This document shows positions 20,566-32,005 of a stretch of DNA of 64,000 nucleotides, one piece after another. The stretch comes from Coleofasciculus sp. B1-GNL1-01. Its GTDB lineage: Bacteria; Cyanobacteriota; Cyanobacteriia; Cyanobacteriales; Coleofasciculaceae. The stretch lies in the NCBI GenBank assembly GCA_040220235.1, contig JAVJTO010000009.1; one strand, 5' to 3'. Below the pieces are notes generated by a model, which was given only the letters and a program-made list of their open reading frames with translations, had not been told where the DNA came from and made no database searches. The position numbers and the translations under genes are program-made. Each line of letters starts with the position of its first letter. Positions within the stretch are counted from its first letter, which is position 1.

Positions 20566-21156
20566 TTAAACCTTCACTTCATCAGCAAAACTCGCCCGAC
20601 GGACAAAGTAAAATGGACCAGCAATAGATCCCCAAATATGTTCATCAGTTACGGGATCGCGCCCCCTGTCTAAACTGATAAACTGATTTTCGTCAATTTC
20701 AAACGTGCTATCTAGATAGGTTTCTTTACCTTTGCGAACAACCTTACAGGCTTTGCCCGGTTCAACGTGTCCTTTAAAGCTTTTCCCTGTCCATTCCACA
20801 ATCATATTACAACCCGGAAGTTTATCTAGCTGATCAATGGTGAGAGTTTGTAGGCGGTTAAGATCCCGAGAGGCACCGTAAAATTTTTCGGGGTCTTTAA
20901 CGGTGTAATTTTCAATTTCAATATGATCGCCAACTACCATTAATTTCAACACTCGTAAGCGGTAGGGGACATTCAGAAGATAGTCATAGGCTTGTTCGAC
21001 AAAGAAACTGACGCCATCCAGGAGTGACGTGGGGAGGGGACGCATAAACACCCGGATATGGGCGTAAAAGGGCGGATTGTCGAAGGCTTGTTGTTGGTTA
21101 CTAAAGTCAGCCGCCATCCAACGGGCTAATGTGGCAATGTCAGTTGAATGAGTCAT
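20566..21156 (-). CDS. cpcT: Phycobiliprotein chromophore lyase CpcT/CpeT
   Basis: MTHSTDIATLARWMAADFSNQQQAFDNPPFYAHI...LDRGRDP..IWGS. Confidence 0.93.
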   Translation of the reverse strand: MTHSTDIATLARWMAADFSNQQQAFDNPPFYAHIRVFMRPLPTSLLDGVSFFVEQAYDYLLNVPYRLRVLKLMVVGDHIEIENYTVKDPEKFYGASRDLNRLQTLTIDQLDKLPGCNMIVEWTGKSFKGHVEPGKACKVVRKGKETYLDSTFEIDENQFISLDRGRDPVTDEHIWGSIAGPFYFVRRASFADEVKV

Positions 21157-21279
21157 TATACGGTGTTTTAATCGAGATATTGGATACGGATCAATCTTAA
21201 TTGATTCTATTCCCAATAACAGAGGCATTCACGGCTTTATTGCTGTACCCTAAGAGAGTCGAGCGGTGAGCAAACCTCT

Positions 21280-22608
21280 GTGGATGCAATTCTAGAGCAA
21301 GCCAAAGATCTGAAACAAGCCCTAACCAACTTCGTACTGGAAGCAGACGGAGAGTTAGCCGTCGCCTTGGAAAGCTATGCGGCGGATGAGTTGACGCGAG
21401 AACCCTACGATATCAACCAGCGCAACTTGGTGATTGATACCTTCTTAACTGAGGGTGAGGTGGATAATCAGACACCATTGGATCTGTTCCTAGAACACCA
21501 TCCCAATTTAACACCCAGCGATCGCACGTTGTTAAACCGCTGGCGAGATAGCTTTATTGGCTTGTTTGAACTCACCCACATCCTCCCCGATGGCTTTGAA
21601 CTGAAAAATTGGCTAACCGATAAGCATTACACCGTAAAACCCACTCATCCCACGACCATAGACCAGATGCGGCGGTTTAAAGTGGGGGAAATCTTACTCA
21701 CTCGCCTCGCCCCCGTCACCGATACCTACTGGATGATTTTTAGTCCCATCCTTGCCAAAGGGCGCTTAAGTCAGCCGAAGCTAGCCGTAGCGATTGGGGA
21801 ATTCAAGAATAACTACAAAAATGCTCTTTACCGTGATGCGCCGGAACTGTTAGAACAGGCTTGGGACTCTGTAGCGACTTATCATCAAGCATTTGTAGAC
21901 TTCTTTGGACGCGATCGCGTTACCCTCCCTGGATACCAGCTTAATCAAAAATTGGCTCAACTGCGGGATAAAATGACCCAGGAACGTCTGGCGGCGGCTG
22001 GGATTGATCCGTCGAAATCCCTGAAAGACATAATTCAAGATTCGGGTACGGATGAGGAGGACGTTAAATCAGCGGCGGTAGAAGCAGGCGCAGACGCTAC
22101 AGCAGTAACCAATATGTTGGATAATGCCGCCACATCCCCGATGATGATACCTAATGTGGATTTACCGGACGATATCCGCAACGCTGAACAGGTGACTGTT
22201 TTTTCTCATCCCCGTTGGGGTCAGATGTTTCTTCCCAGTTACTCTAAGTTTCAAGAGATGCTAGAGTCAGAAGACTGGCAAACGTATCCCAATGCTGAAC
22301 AACGAGTCCACAAATACTTAAATGATCCTCAGATTAACCTGTTTATCTGGCAACAGCTAGCCCAGGAGTATCCGACTCAACTGGAGACGGTATTACAAAC
22401 AGTGTTAGATCGTCCAGATTTTAATCTCCAGCAGGATTTAGAACCCACACTTCACCAGGAGTTTCATAAACCCCTAGAACCGGAACTCCCAGAAATTGCT
22501 AGCGTTCCCCTGCATTTGCACAATCTGTTTGAGTCGGCTGTGGCTGAGGTTCACAAATCCAAGTCTAAAGGTAAGCGTAAAAAGAAAGCCGCCAAAGGCT
22601 TCCAATAA
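21280..22608 (+). CDS. Conserved cyanobacterial hypothetical protein
   Basis: 442-aa ORF divergent from cpcT with a Lys-rich tail ending KGFQ; no recognisable motif. Confidence 0.8.
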   Translation: MDAILEQAKDLKQALTNFVLEADGELAVALESYAADELTREPYDINQRNLVIDTFLTEGEVDNQTPLDLFLEHHPNLTPSDRTLLNRWRDSFIGLFELTHILPDGFELKNWLTDKHYTVKPTHPTTIDQMRRFKVGEILLTRLAPVTDTYWMIFSPILAKGRLSQPKLAVAIGEFKNNYKNALYRDAPELLEQAWDSVATYHQAFVDFFGRDRVTLPGYQLNQKLAQLRDKMTQERLAAAGIDPSKSLKDIIQDSGTDEEDVKSAAVEAGADATAVTNMLDNAATSPMMIPNVDLPDDIRNAEQVTVFSHPRWGQMFLPSYSKFQEMLESEDWQTYPNAEQRVHKYLNDPQINLFIWQQLAQEYPTQLETVLQTVLDRPDFNLQQDLEPTLHQEFHKPLEPELPEIASVPLHLHNLFESAVAEVHKSKSKGKRKKKAAKGFQ

Positions 22609-22658
22609 TCCTTTGGATAGGTTAGGATAGGGCAAATTATCTACTAATATCTCTATCG

Positions 22659-22916
22659 ATGGATAGAAAAATCATTCGCCTTTGCCTATTGATCGTGAGT
22701 TGTAGTGCGGTGGGACTTGTTGTGGGAGGTACTGCCGCTCAAGCCGAACTGAATCAGTGTTTAGGTGTTGCGACACCGACCGATGAGTGCTTGTTGCAAG
22801 ATCCCATGGTTAAAACGGTCGAAGGAATGGGAATGGGTTTATTAGCAGGTGTTGGTGCTTCTGTTGGCGCAGTCTGGCAGATTTGGCAGAATAAGTCAGT
22901 CGGTGGGGACAATTAA
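22659..22916 (+). CDS. Small hypothetical membrane protein
   Basis: Signal/TM segment, a Cys pair and a Gly-rich TM. The last codons overlap a MITE-like end. Confidence 0.65.
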   Translation: MDRKIIRLCLLIVSCSAVGLVVGGTAAQAELNQCLGVATPTDECLLQDPMVKTVEGMGMGLLAGVGASVGAVWQIWQNKSVGGDN

Positions 22917-23053
22917 CGTTAATGGTTATTTGTCATTTGTCATTTGTCATTCGTAAGGGTTGAGGGGTAACAACTGCATAATTTCCATGCACATCAGTTT
23001 ATTCGTGCAGTGTGTCTTTTCCTCCTACGCCTATAAAACAGGCAAAAAGCAGA

Positions 23054-23156
23054 TAAGCTGTCATGCATTTAAATTGGGCATTAGTAGCGAGCAAGATGCT
23101 CGCACTACAAGGCTTTCGCCATTATTGACATTAAGGTTTAAATGCCGAACAGCTTA
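23054..23156. mobile_element. MITE family A (TAAGCTGT...ACAGCTTA)
   Basis: Terminal inverted repeats and an internal GTAGCGAGCAAGATGCTCGCACTAC hairpin. Homologous copies at 33258 and 37336. Confidence 0.85.
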
Positions 23157-23223
23157 TTAACCTTACAGTCTTCTGCCTTCTGCCTTTTGCCTTCTGCCTT
23201 TTGCCTTCTATCTTATTTTTTGA

Positions 23224-23499
23224 TTAGGCGGATTTCTGAGTAAGTAAACCCCAGATAAAGATTAACAGCAAGGCACCGAGAACGGCAAAGATAATACTGC
23301 CAATACTGAGAGCGCCTGAAGCGGCGGCGGCGGCTCCGGACGAGCCTAATAAGAGTTTACCTAGAAACCCTCCGACTAAAGCACCGAGAATCCCTAAGCC
23401 AATGGTGGCAAAGATTCCACCGCCTTGGTGTCCGGGATAAATGAGTTTTGCGATCGCGCCTGCAATTAGACCTAATACGAGCCAAGCGATAATATTCAT
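23224..23499 (-). CDS. GlsB/YeaQ/YmgE (transglycosylase-associated) membrane protein
   Basis: MNIIAWLVLGLIAGAIAKLIYPG...GILGALVGG signature. Confidence 0.92.
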   Translation of the reverse strand: MNIIAWLVLGLIAGAIAKLIYPGHQGGGIFATIGLGILGALVGGFLGKLLLGSSGAAAAASGALSIGSIIFAVLGALLLIFIWGLLTQKSA

Positions 23500-23616
23500 A
23501 GAATTTTCTCCGTAGTGTTTGTTTATTGATGTTTATGTCACGATTATGTTCAGGATATCAATTCACCGTAACGCTTCGCGTCTACCCAATTAGATAAATT
23601 CAATCTGCCTAAATTA

Positions 23617-23644
23617 GTAGAGACGTAGCATGCTACGTCTCTAC
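23617..23644. repeat. GTAG-type REP palindrome GTAGAGACGTAGCATGCTACGTCTCTAC
   Basis: Perfect palindrome. Identical copy near 46757; relatives near 14967, 20485, 37499, 47913, 53023 and 63760. Confidence 0.85.
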
Positions 23645-23801
23645 ACTCAAATTAATTCGGGGGACTCAAACCCCAACCGCTATTGGTTTAAATTTCCCTA
23701 TACTTAGGATTTATACCAAGTTGCATTCAAAACTTTCCCTCCCCCTGCTTCCCCTGCTTCCCCTGCTTTTCCTATCTACTATGTTTGAGCGCAACTCGGT
23801 A

Positions 23802-25493
23802 TTAGTGGGGGCGCTTGCGTTTTAATCCGACCCAACCTAAGGAACTAAACATTAACAAACCGAGTATAGAACTGGGTTCCGGTACGCTTTCAACTTCAAA
23901 GACACTCACGGTACCACTGGTTTCATTAGCAGTAACCACCAAGGGATTACCATTAGGACTCTCGTTAGCGGCAATAAACAGCAACCCTTCTAGCCCCAAA
24001 TCACCGACGGCGGCTAGCTGTTCGGCTGTCGGATCAGGGTCTCCCTCATCATCTAAATTAAAATCAACGGAGAAGTCGCGGTTGTTGACATAATCCAGGA
24101 AGAAGGGGTTAAACGGATCAGTAATGTCATAACTGATAATGCCACCAATGCGTTCTAAACCAATAAAGGCAATAGTGCGACCAAAGAGTTCAGCAATCGT
24201 CACTGCTTGAGGTTCAGGTCCCTTATCATCACTGCGATCATCAAATAGGTTGATTTCGTCGTCAGAGTTGAAGAACTCTGGGAAAAACTCGGCTGTGATT
24301 TGTTCAAACGCATCACCACTGTCAAAGATAAGTTCGCCGTCTGTATCAAAAATCGAGAATGAACGTCCACCAAAGGTATACAGTTCCTCGAATTCTTCAT
24401 CGTCGTCTGTGTTACCTAGGGTAGTGGTGACTTTTAAACGACCCAGATTTTCATCCTTTTGTAATTCTGCGGCGTTGGGGAACGCTTGGGGGTCAAGCAG
24501 TAAGTCGCCTACCCTCGCCTCTTCACTAAAAAACTCAAAGTCGCGGCTGTCGCCTTCATTGGCAGTAACCAGATAGGTCTCACCATCTACCATATAGGAG
24601 GCAATCCCGTCGGGTTGGTACATCCCGAACAGGTTGTTGTAATTGGTGATGTTGATTTTACCGTCTTCGTCGCTGGCGTCTAAGGCATTCCCTGGCACGC
24701 TATAATCTTTGAAACCTAACCCGATCACTTTTTCGACCTGACCACTGGCAATATCCACCACCGCGATCGCATTATTTTCTTGCAGGGTGACATAAGCTTT
24801 TTGGGAATCCTGGGACACTGTAACAAATTCCGGTTCCAGGTTTTGAGAGGGGTTATCCTTGTTAGGTCCAAACAGGCGAACGTTGGCTGGGATGGAAACA
24901 CCATCAAAGTTAGCTGTGGTTACATTAAACGTTGCCAAATCAATAATACTGACCGAACCCTGGGGATCTTCTGAGTAATCATCACTCAACTCCCCCTCGT
25001 TAGCCACAATAATCTTGGTGCCATCTGGGGTAAAGGTGAGTGAGTCCGGGACTGAACCCACGGAAACGGGGTCATGTAGGGGATTCCCTTCTGAGTCAAA
25101 AAACAACACAAAACCGGGATTTTGCGGTATCTCATTGGTAACAGAGACAGCAAATATACCATTGCTATAGCTGACGCTGTTAGGTGACCCAAATTCAGAA
25201 ACGTTGATGGGGTCGAACAACGACGACGGATTCGTCGGATTGCTAATATCAAGGATATTAATTTGCTGTTGACCGGAACTGGTCACGAACAACCGTTGAG
25301 TGATCGGATCATACGCCGTTTGTTCGGCGGTGCTGTCGGCAAACATACCTGTCGAGAATGAACCGATGGGTGTCAGGTTGAGATTAATCGCGGCGGCTGG
25401 TGTCGCCACCATACCGAGTAAAACGGCTGACTGTAGGGTTGACTGAACTATACTCGGCATTCGATGAATGAGTGAATTGTGACGCCTAGACAT
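23802..25493 (-). CDS. Choice-of-anchor I (alkaline-phosphatase-associated beta-propeller) protein with PEP-CTERM
   Basis: VANEGE, LEPEFV, YQPDGIA, RSDDKGPEP, GLERIGG motifs; C-terminal VPEPSSILGL..LKRKRPH. Confidence 0.88.
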   Translation of the reverse strand: MSRRHNSLIHRMPSIVQSTLQSAVLLGMVATPAAAINLNLTPIGSFSTGMFADSTAEQTAYDPITQRLFVTSSGQQQINILDISNPTNPSSLFDPINVSEFGSPNSVSYSNGIFAVSVTNEIPQNPGFVLFFDSEGNPLHDPVSVGSVPDSLTFTPDGTKIIVANEGELSDDYSEDPQGSVSIIDLATFNVTTANFDGVSIPANVRLFGPNKDNPSQNLEPEFVTVSQDSQKAYVTLQENNAIAVVDIASGQVEKVIGLGFKDYSVPGNALDASDEDGKINITNYNNLFGMYQPDGIASYMVDGETYLVTANEGDSRDFEFFSEEARVGDLLLDPQAFPNAAELQKDENLGRLKVTTTLGNTDDDEEFEELYTFGGRSFSIFDTDGELIFDSGDAFEQITAEFFPEFFNSDDEINLFDDRSDDKGPEPQAVTIAELFGRTIAFIGLERIGGIISYDITDPFNPFFLDYVNNRDFSVDFNLDDEGDPDPTAEQLAAVGDLGLEGLLFIAANESPNGNPLVVTANETSGTVSVFEVESVPEPSSILGLLMFSSLGWVGLKRKRPH

Positions 25494-26053
25494 GGGTGAT
25501 GAATCTCCTGATTCGGATAGAGTCGATAGCGATACGTAAGAGGGTGGGTATAATTAACCCCAAGAAGTTACGTTGTGTAAAGCAACATTGCCGCTGATTT
25601 GGGTAAGAATGGCTGATGTTTTTACATTCCTTAATATATTTAACCTAAATGCACACCGTTTGTTTGCCAGGGACAGAACGACCAATGCACAATTCCTACC
25701 CAGCGCTACAGAGCAATTTGTTTACAAAAATTAACTTGAAAAGTCGAGTCACACTACCTAGTTATGCACTCCTTATTTAGCATGGTCTTACACCAATAAA
25801 GAAGGGTTCTGGCACAAGTTCATCAACTCTTTAACAAAAACCCGGAAAAACTTCACGGAAACTTTATGAACAAATTTGTCAAAATTTGATATGTATCCAG
25901 CAAACCGACAAAATAATCTTAAAGACAAAGAGGTATCCCATACCTGGAAACTGGAGACGCCTTTCGAGTCTAAACAGAACAGATAAGAAAAGCTGAGGCG
26001 AAACAACTGCACGGTTATCAACGATAATTTGTGATTATTGAGAGTTTAAACAA

Positions 26054-27001
26054 ATGTTGCCAAAATTTTTGAAAGAGGTTGTCCTGCTGGGCTTGTTCAC
26101 CACCCTCGTAAGTTGTGGTTCTACCGAAGAGGACAGCTTATCACAAACGCCAACATCGACGCCAACCCCTCAATCCACCGCGACTGGAACCCTTGTCCTT
26201 GCCGACGTTAACAAAAATGCCGCTGCCAAGCTAGAGAATTTCCAGCCCATGGCGGATTACCTAGCCGCCCGCTTAGAAAAATTTGACATTGGTGTGGGTG
26301 AGGTGAAAGTTGCCCCCGACTTAGATACAATGGCAAGCTTGCTCAAAGAAGGCAAAGTCGATATCTATGTGGACAGTCCCTACCCCGCCATGATAGTAAG
26401 TGATAAATCGGGAGCCGAACCCATTCTGCGCCGCTGGAAGGATGGCAAGGGTGAATATTATGGGGTGATCTTTACCTTGGCAGAAAGCGAGATTGACTCC
26501 TTAGCGGATCTCAAGGGAAAAATGCTCGCCTTTGAGGAACCCGTCTCCACCTCCGGCTATTTTTTACCCCTGAATACCCTGCTGGACGCCGATTTGAAGA
26601 TGGTCGAAAAAGGCTCACAAAATGAAGCCGTCGCCGCCGATGAGGTGGGATATGTTTACAGTAATGATGATGAAAATACGATCCAATGGGTACTCAGTGG
26701 CGAAGTCGCAGCAGGCGCGGCGGATTACTCATTCCTAGAAGAAATCCCCGAAGAAAGCCGCCAAGCGCTGAAAATTCTGGCTGAAACCCAGAAAATCGCT
26801 CGTCATCTGGTGATTGTCAGACCCGGTATGGACCCGGAATTGGTACAACAGATTAAGACGGTGTTAATGGAAATGGATCAGACACCTGAAGGGAAAGAGG
26901 TACTCACCACCTTTGAGGAAACCGCCAAGTTTGACGAGTTTCCCGTTGAAACCAGTCTCGATAAAATGCGCCAGTTGTATGAACAGGTGGAGAAAAAATA
27001 A
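26054..27001 (+). CDS. Phosphate/phosphite/phosphonate-binding (PhnD-like) lipoprotein
   Basis: Lipobox LVSC; LADLKGKMLAF..PVSTSGYFLP motif. Confidence 0.88.
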   Translation: MLPKFLKEVVLLGLFTTLVSCGSTEEDSLSQTPTSTPTPQSTATGTLVLADVNKNAAAKLENFQPMADYLAARLEKFDIGVGEVKVAPDLDTMASLLKEGKVDIYVDSPYPAMIVSDKSGAEPILRRWKDGKGEYYGVIFTLAESEIDSLADLKGKMLAFEEPVSTSGYFLPLNTLLDADLKMVEKGSQNEAVAADEVGYVYSNDDENTIQWVLSGEVAAGAADYSFLEEIPEESRQALKILAETQKIARHLVIVRPGMDPELVQQIKTVLMEMDQTPEGKEVLTTFEETAKFDEFPVETSLDKMRQLYEQVEKK

Positions 27002-27090
27002 AGTGCAGATGCTCTGGTAAATAATAAGTTGCCCAGATGGACCAGCCAGGAAGCAACCGTTATCGAAATAAGGGGAGGAAGATAAGTGGA

Positions 27091-29094
27091 ATGGCTAGAT
27101 TCAACCCAAAAAAAGGTTCACTAGCCACCAAAATAACGTTGGCGATGACCACGTTAGTGATTGTGGCGGTCGCCTGCGTTACCATGCTATCCCTACACCG
27201 TCAGCAAGAAACCTTTCGCGATGAATTAGAACAGCAGGCTGACCTATTGCTGGATACCTTAGTCGTCGCCACCCAAGATTCGCTCTACTTTCTCGATGTG
27301 TCTTATATGAAGGAACTCATGGAAGAGTTGGGCAAGGATCAGGTATTAGTGGCAGGTCAGATTTATGACAAAGATGGACGGGTGCTAGCAGATGCCTATA
27401 GCCGCAATGTTTTAGCGTATGGAGTCAAACCTGATCCCTTAGGTCAAGAACTGGTGGAAAGTAACGAAACAGTGTTTAAATGGCAGTCTGACCAACTCCT
27501 TGCGGGTAAAGCCGTCGTTTTGGGGCGTCAGCGGCTTGGGGCAGTTAGTGTCGGGCTTTCCACAGCCCCGCTGAAGGCAAAGATGGCGGCGGTACGAAAT
27601 GAAGGGATTGCCATGGGACTGGCAGCGGCGATGGTGGGTACGCTGGTAGCACTACTGCTGAGCCGTTCCATTACCGAACCCTTAAAGCAGATGACCGCCG
27701 CCACCCAACATCTGGCAAAAGGGGATCTGAGTCAGAAGATTGCGATTGACAGCAGTGACGAATTGGCAGTTTTAGCGAGTGCCTTTAACAGCATGACCGA
27801 CCAACTGCGAAACCTAATCGAAAGTTTGGAACAGCAGACTGAAGATTTGCGACACAGTGAAGCCAAAAATCGTGCCTTGTTACATGCAATTCCCGATTTA
27901 ATGTTTCGGTTTAGCCAAGATGGAATCTTTCTGGATTTTAAAGCACCAAGAGGAGACTCCTACCTACAATCATCTGAAACCTGGGTTGGTCAACCTGTCT
28001 CTGAGGTTTTACCGACAGAGGTGGCGACATTATGCTTAGAGTATGTCGAGCGAACGTTAAAGACTCAAGATATCCAAATTTTTGAGTATGAGTTGTTTGT
28101 GGAGGAACAGCGCCGAAATTTTGAAGCCCGCTTGGTGGTCAGTGGTGAACAAGAAGTTTTAGCGATTGTTCGGGATATTACAGACGCAAAATTAGCCCAA
28201 GTTGAATTGCAACAGGCAAAAGAAGAAGCAGAAGCGGCTAATCGAGCGAAGAGTGCCTTTCTTGCTAGTATGAGTCATGAATTAAGAACCCCCCTGAATG
28301 GTATCCTCGGCTTAAGTGAGTTACTCCGGGAGGATGCCGAGGATTTAGGGTATACCGATTTTGTCCCGGATCTCCAGCAGATTTACGACTCTGGACTCCA
28401 TCTTTTGAATCTGATTACCGATATTCTGGACATTTCTAAAATTGAAGCCGGGAAGATGAGCCTCTATCTGGAAAGCTTCGATATCTCGACTTTAATTGTT
28501 GAAGTTCAGAAGACGGTACAACCCCTAATCAAGAAAAAGACGAATACCCTAGAGGTTCATGGCGCGGCGTCCCTTGGCACAATGTATGCTGACCGAACTA
28601 AGGTTAAGCAGTTGCTATTAAACCTAATTAGCAACTCCGCCAAATTCACGGAGAATGGCACGATTGTACTGAGTGTTACTCGTGAAAGTGAAAATGAGGG
28701 AAATGGTAACTCGAAACGGGACGCTAAAATGCTACTGGTGAATGGGGAATTGTCTGTGGTTTCATCGGCAACCCTCGATAGTGCTTCAATGCCTGATGCT
28801 GGGCATGACGACCCAACCTCGGATCGGGTTATTTTTTCGGTCTCCGATACGGGTATCGGTATGAGTCCAGAACAGGCAGCCAAGATATTTCAGCCGTTTG
28901 TCCAAGCGGATAATTCGACTACGAAAAAGTACGGGGGTACGGGTCTAGGATTGGCGATTTGCCAACGTTTCTGTGAGATGATGGGCGGTAATATTCAGGT
29001 GGAAAGTGAGGTTGGTGTTGGCTCAACGTTTAGTTTTTACCTACCAGCTAAAGTCAAAGATCCGAAGCCGGAAAAAGTCTCTTCATCACGTTAA
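27091..29094 (+). CDS. Membrane sensor histidine kinase (2 TM, HAMP, PAS, HisKA, HATPase)
   Basis: [15 protein letters not shown]-box, NSAKFT, DTGIG, GGTGLGL. Alternative start at 27037. Confidence 0.93.
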   Translation: MARFNPKKGSLATKITLAMTTLVIVAVACVTMLSLHRQQETFRDELEQQADLLLDTLVVATQDSLYFLDVSYMKELMEELGKDQVLVAGQIYDKDGRVLADAYSRNVLAYGVKPDPLGQELVESNETVFKWQSDQLLAGKAVVLGRQRLGAVSVGLSTAPLKAKMAAVRNEGIAMGLAAAMVGTLVALLLSRSITEPLKQMTAATQHLAKGDLSQKIAIDSSDELAVLASAFNSMTDQLRNLIESLEQQTEDLRHSEAKNRALLHAIPDLMFRFSQDGIFLDFKAPRGDSYLQSSETWVGQPVSEVLPTEVATLCLEYVERTLKTQDIQIFEYELFVEEQRRNFEARLVVSGEQEVLAIVRDITDAKLAQVELQQAKEEAEAANRAKSAFLASMSHELRTPLNGILGLSELLREDAEDLGYTDFVPDLQQIYDSGLHLLNLITDILDISKIEAGKMSLYLESFDISTLIVEVQKTVQPLIKKKTNTLEVHGAASLGTMYADRTKVKQLLLNLISNSAKFTENGTIVLSVTRESENEGNGNSKRDAKMLLVNGELSVVSSATLDSASMPDAGHDDPTSDRVIFSVSDTGIGMSPEQAAKIFQPFVQADNSTTKKYGGTGLGLAICQRFCEMMGGNIQVESEVGVGSTFSFYLPAKVKDPKPEKVSSSR

Positions 29095-29356
29095 TTCGGT
29101 GGATAAAATTACAGTTAACGACGGGGATTGTCATTGGTCATTGGTCATTGGTCATTGGTCATTTGTTATTTGTCATTTGTGGACAAACACTGTAGGGGCG
29201 ACCCGCTGCACAAATGAACACGACCCACCTATTAATTTTATCGGGTCGCCCTGCATCAGGTATCGGGAATTATCCTGTATCCGGTATCAGGAATTAGTTG
29301 AACTTGTTCCCTGTTCCCTGTTCCCTATCCTCACCACAACACGTATTCAGCAACCC

Positions 29357-30175
29357 CTAAGTAATTAATCCAGAACGGAGTGCATGAACAGCGGCTTGGG
29401 TGCGGTCATCAACGCAGAGCTTATTCAAGATATTGCGGACATGGGTTTTGACAGTGCCTACCGTAATATAAAGCTTATCCGCGATCGCGGCATTACTTGC
29501 TCCTGCCACAATTAGCTCAAGCACCTCTAATTCCCGTTCGGTTAAGGGGTAGGCTTCGATGACTTGTTCGTACTCTGGACCTACCGCATCAATCTTGACG
29601 GTTCGATCTTGATTCGCCGCCATTTCAGAGGATGGCTCTCGTTTTACCTGTCGTAAAACAATACTGGCAATCGCTGGATCAATCCAGGCGTTCCCTTCCT
29701 GGGTTACTTCTAACGCCTCGACAAGCTGTTCAATTTCAATATCCTTCATGCAATAGGAATCGGCTCCAGCCGCAAAAGCCGCTAGTACCGAATCTTCACT
29801 ATCATGCATGGTTAAGATGAGAACCCTTGTTTCTGGCTCCTGGGTATCTGTATGGCTACTCTTGAACTTGCGAGTCAAATCAATGCCATCCATATCCGGT
29901 AAACCGATATCCACAATAGCGACATCGGGTTTTAGGCTTTCCAGCAGCTTTAATCCTTGAGTCGCATTCGCCGCTTCTCCGACGACTTCAATTCCATCCT
30001 GTTCTTGTAAAGCGGCTTGTAAACCCATCCGCGTAAGGTTATGGTCTTCAATCAGGACGACACGCATAGGACTCACCATCAATGTTTCAGAACTCAAATT
30101 CGTTTTATCTTGGTCATTGAGAGATGTAGGACTGTTTGACTCCTTCTCTCGGATTTGGGGAATTTTCATATTCAA
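29357..30175 (-). CDS. NarL/LuxR-family response regulator
   Basis: REC domain (LIEDH, VDIGLPDMDG) and HTH LTERELEVL...TVKTHVRNILNKL. Start may be 30079. Confidence 0.93.
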   Translation of the reverse strand: MNMKIPQIREKESNSPTSLNDQDKTNLSSETLMVSPMRVVLIEDHNLTRMGLQAALQEQDGIEVVGEAANATQGLKLLESLKPDVAIVDIGLPDMDGIDLTRKFKSSHTDTQEPETRVLILTMHDSEDSVLAAFAAGADSYCMKDIEIEQLVEALEVTQEGNAWIDPAIASIVLRQVKREPSSEMAANQDRTVKIDAVGPEYEQVIEAYPLTERELEVLELIVAGASNAAIADKLYITVGTVKTHVRNILNKLCVDDRTQAAVHALRSGLIT

Positions 30176-30704
30176 TAATCAGCCTAACCTAATCCATGCT
30201 TAGATTTAATCACTATGAAGTGATTCTTCGTTTCCGATCGCGCTGATACCCTGGAGTCAGGTCAGACAAGGATAACGCTTGCAATAGCATCCTTAAGCCT
30301 AAAAAGTCAAGTATTGCTATCGGCATCGATTACTCTTCCCTCGCTAGTGCGACGCGGCAATAAAGATAATCAACACTATGGCAGATCCGTGGCAGATGTA
30401 CATCTATCAATAGTATCAAGCCGTTTCAGTTGAGCCAAAAATTGGGCAGCCAAGAGACTTTCCAGTGATTATGCCTATGGACTGAGACGAAAACCATAGC
30501 CATCAGCATACAATCTAAGACAAAGGTTGGACTATCTTCAATGCCAGCTTAAGCAAACTCACGTCCCAGAACAAGCTGCAACCTTTACTAATTCAGTGGT
30601 GCGTTAGGGCAATAGCATTGGCGCACCCGTTGCCATTCTATCTGGGACACAACAGTTAGCTTAATGCTGACGTTGGTGATGAAGAAATCCTTCAATTCTG
30701 CTCG

Positions 30705-31952
30705 TTGATGAAAGAAATGCTCAATATTCTGCTCGTTGATGATGAGGACATCGATCGCTTAGCTGTGCGTCAGGCTCTGGATGCCACGGGCTTGTCAATC
30801 AATTATGTTGAAGCCTGTGACTATAATAGCGCGATCGCTCTCATTAACCGTGAGACATTTGACTGTGTCTTTCTGGATTACTGCCTCCCCGACAAAGATG
30901 GATTAAGCCTGGTGCAGGATTTGCGAAAGGCTGGCGTCAAGATCCCCTTGGTGGTAATCACTGCTCACGGTAATGAGCAAGTCGCCGTGGCGCTGATGAA
31001 AGCTGGGGCGTCAGACTACCTGTCTCAGGATAAGGTTTCACCGACAAGTTTAGGACGGATTTTGCAAAACGCGATTCGCATCTACCAAGCGGAACAGCAG
31101 GTGGCACTGGCTCATCAGCAGTTGCGCCAGACGAATGAACAGCTAGTCCGGCAGAATCAAGAATTAGCCCAACAACGGCAACAAATTCAACGTCAAAATT
31201 TAAAATTAAAAGAACTCTCTACACTTAAATCGCAGTTTTTAGCCACGACATCCCATGAATTGCGGACGCCGATGAATGTGATCATCGGTTTTGCTCAAAT
31301 GCTCCTACTCCAACGCCATGGATCACTGACATCATCACAATTAAAGATGGTTCAATGTATCTTAAAAAATGGCAAAGATCTGTTATCCCTCTTAAGTGAA
31401 GTCTTAGATTTTGCTCAAATTGAAGCCGGAGCATTGGAACTCAATGCTGAAGAATTTAATATCGATCAAGTGGTCAATTCCACTGTTAATGATGTTCGTC
31501 CCTTGGCATTGCAGAAAGGGTTAGACTTATCGATAAAAATCCAACTTAAAAATCCTTTAGTTATCAACGATCGCTCTCGTTTGCACAAGGTCTTAAAACA
31601 CCTGCTCATGAATGCGGTGAAATTTACCAAATCAGGGTCGATCTGGGTCAATGTATACGAGGTTGAATCGCAACGACTGGTCATTGATGTTGAGGATACG
31701 GGAATTGGTCTGTCTCAAGCCGAATTAGACTATATTTTTGAAGCCTTCCGCCAAGTTGATCAGACCATAGCCCGCCAATACCCCGGTACAGGGCTAGGAT
31801 TAGCAATGACTAAATCCTTGGTTCAATTGATGCAGGGTAAGATTACGGTAGAAAGTCAAGTGGGAGAAGGGTCTATTTTTCGCGTCGAATTGCCGCGTTA
31901 TATTTCTTGTTTGGGGAAGTTGACAGAAATTAAAGTACCTGCTTATAATTAA
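30705..31952 (+). CDS. Hybrid REC-histidine kinase
   Basis: LLVDDE, LDYCLPD, TSHELRTPMN, GTGLGL. Confidence 0.92.
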   Translation: MMKEMLNILLVDDEDIDRLAVRQALDATGLSINYVEACDYNSAIALINRETFDCVFLDYCLPDKDGLSLVQDLRKAGVKIPLVVITAHGNEQVAVALMKAGASDYLSQDKVSPTSLGRILQNAIRIYQAEQQVALAHQQLRQTNEQLVRQNQELAQQRQQIQRQNLKLKELSTLKSQFLATTSHELRTPMNVIIGFAQMLLLQRHGSLTSSQLKMVQCILKNGKDLLSLLSEVLDFAQIEAGALELNAEEFNIDQVVNSTVNDVRPLALQKGLDLSIKIQLKNPLVINDRSRLHKVLKHLLMNAVKFTKSGSIWVNVYEVESQRLVIDVEDTGIGLSQAELDYIFEAFRQVDQTIARQYPGTGLGLAMTKSLVQLMQGKITVESQVGEGSIFRVELPRYISCLGKLTEIKVPAYN

Positions 31953-32005
31953 ATCTTTTAAAATGTTTGGAGTTACGATGCTTTTCAAGTATAAATAGAT
32001 GAAAA

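Noticed and set aside
25600..25900. Possible Pho boxes between the choice-of-anchor I and PhnD-like genes
   Set aside because: TTAA-type half-sites are spaced 9 bp rather than 11, or are too degenerate.
29006..29368. ORFs over STRR, REP or MITE DNA (also 22960-23160, 44456-44695, 54507-54758, 58719-58955)
   Set aside because: They are translations of repeats (HWSLVIG, VICHLS, MTNDK patterns).
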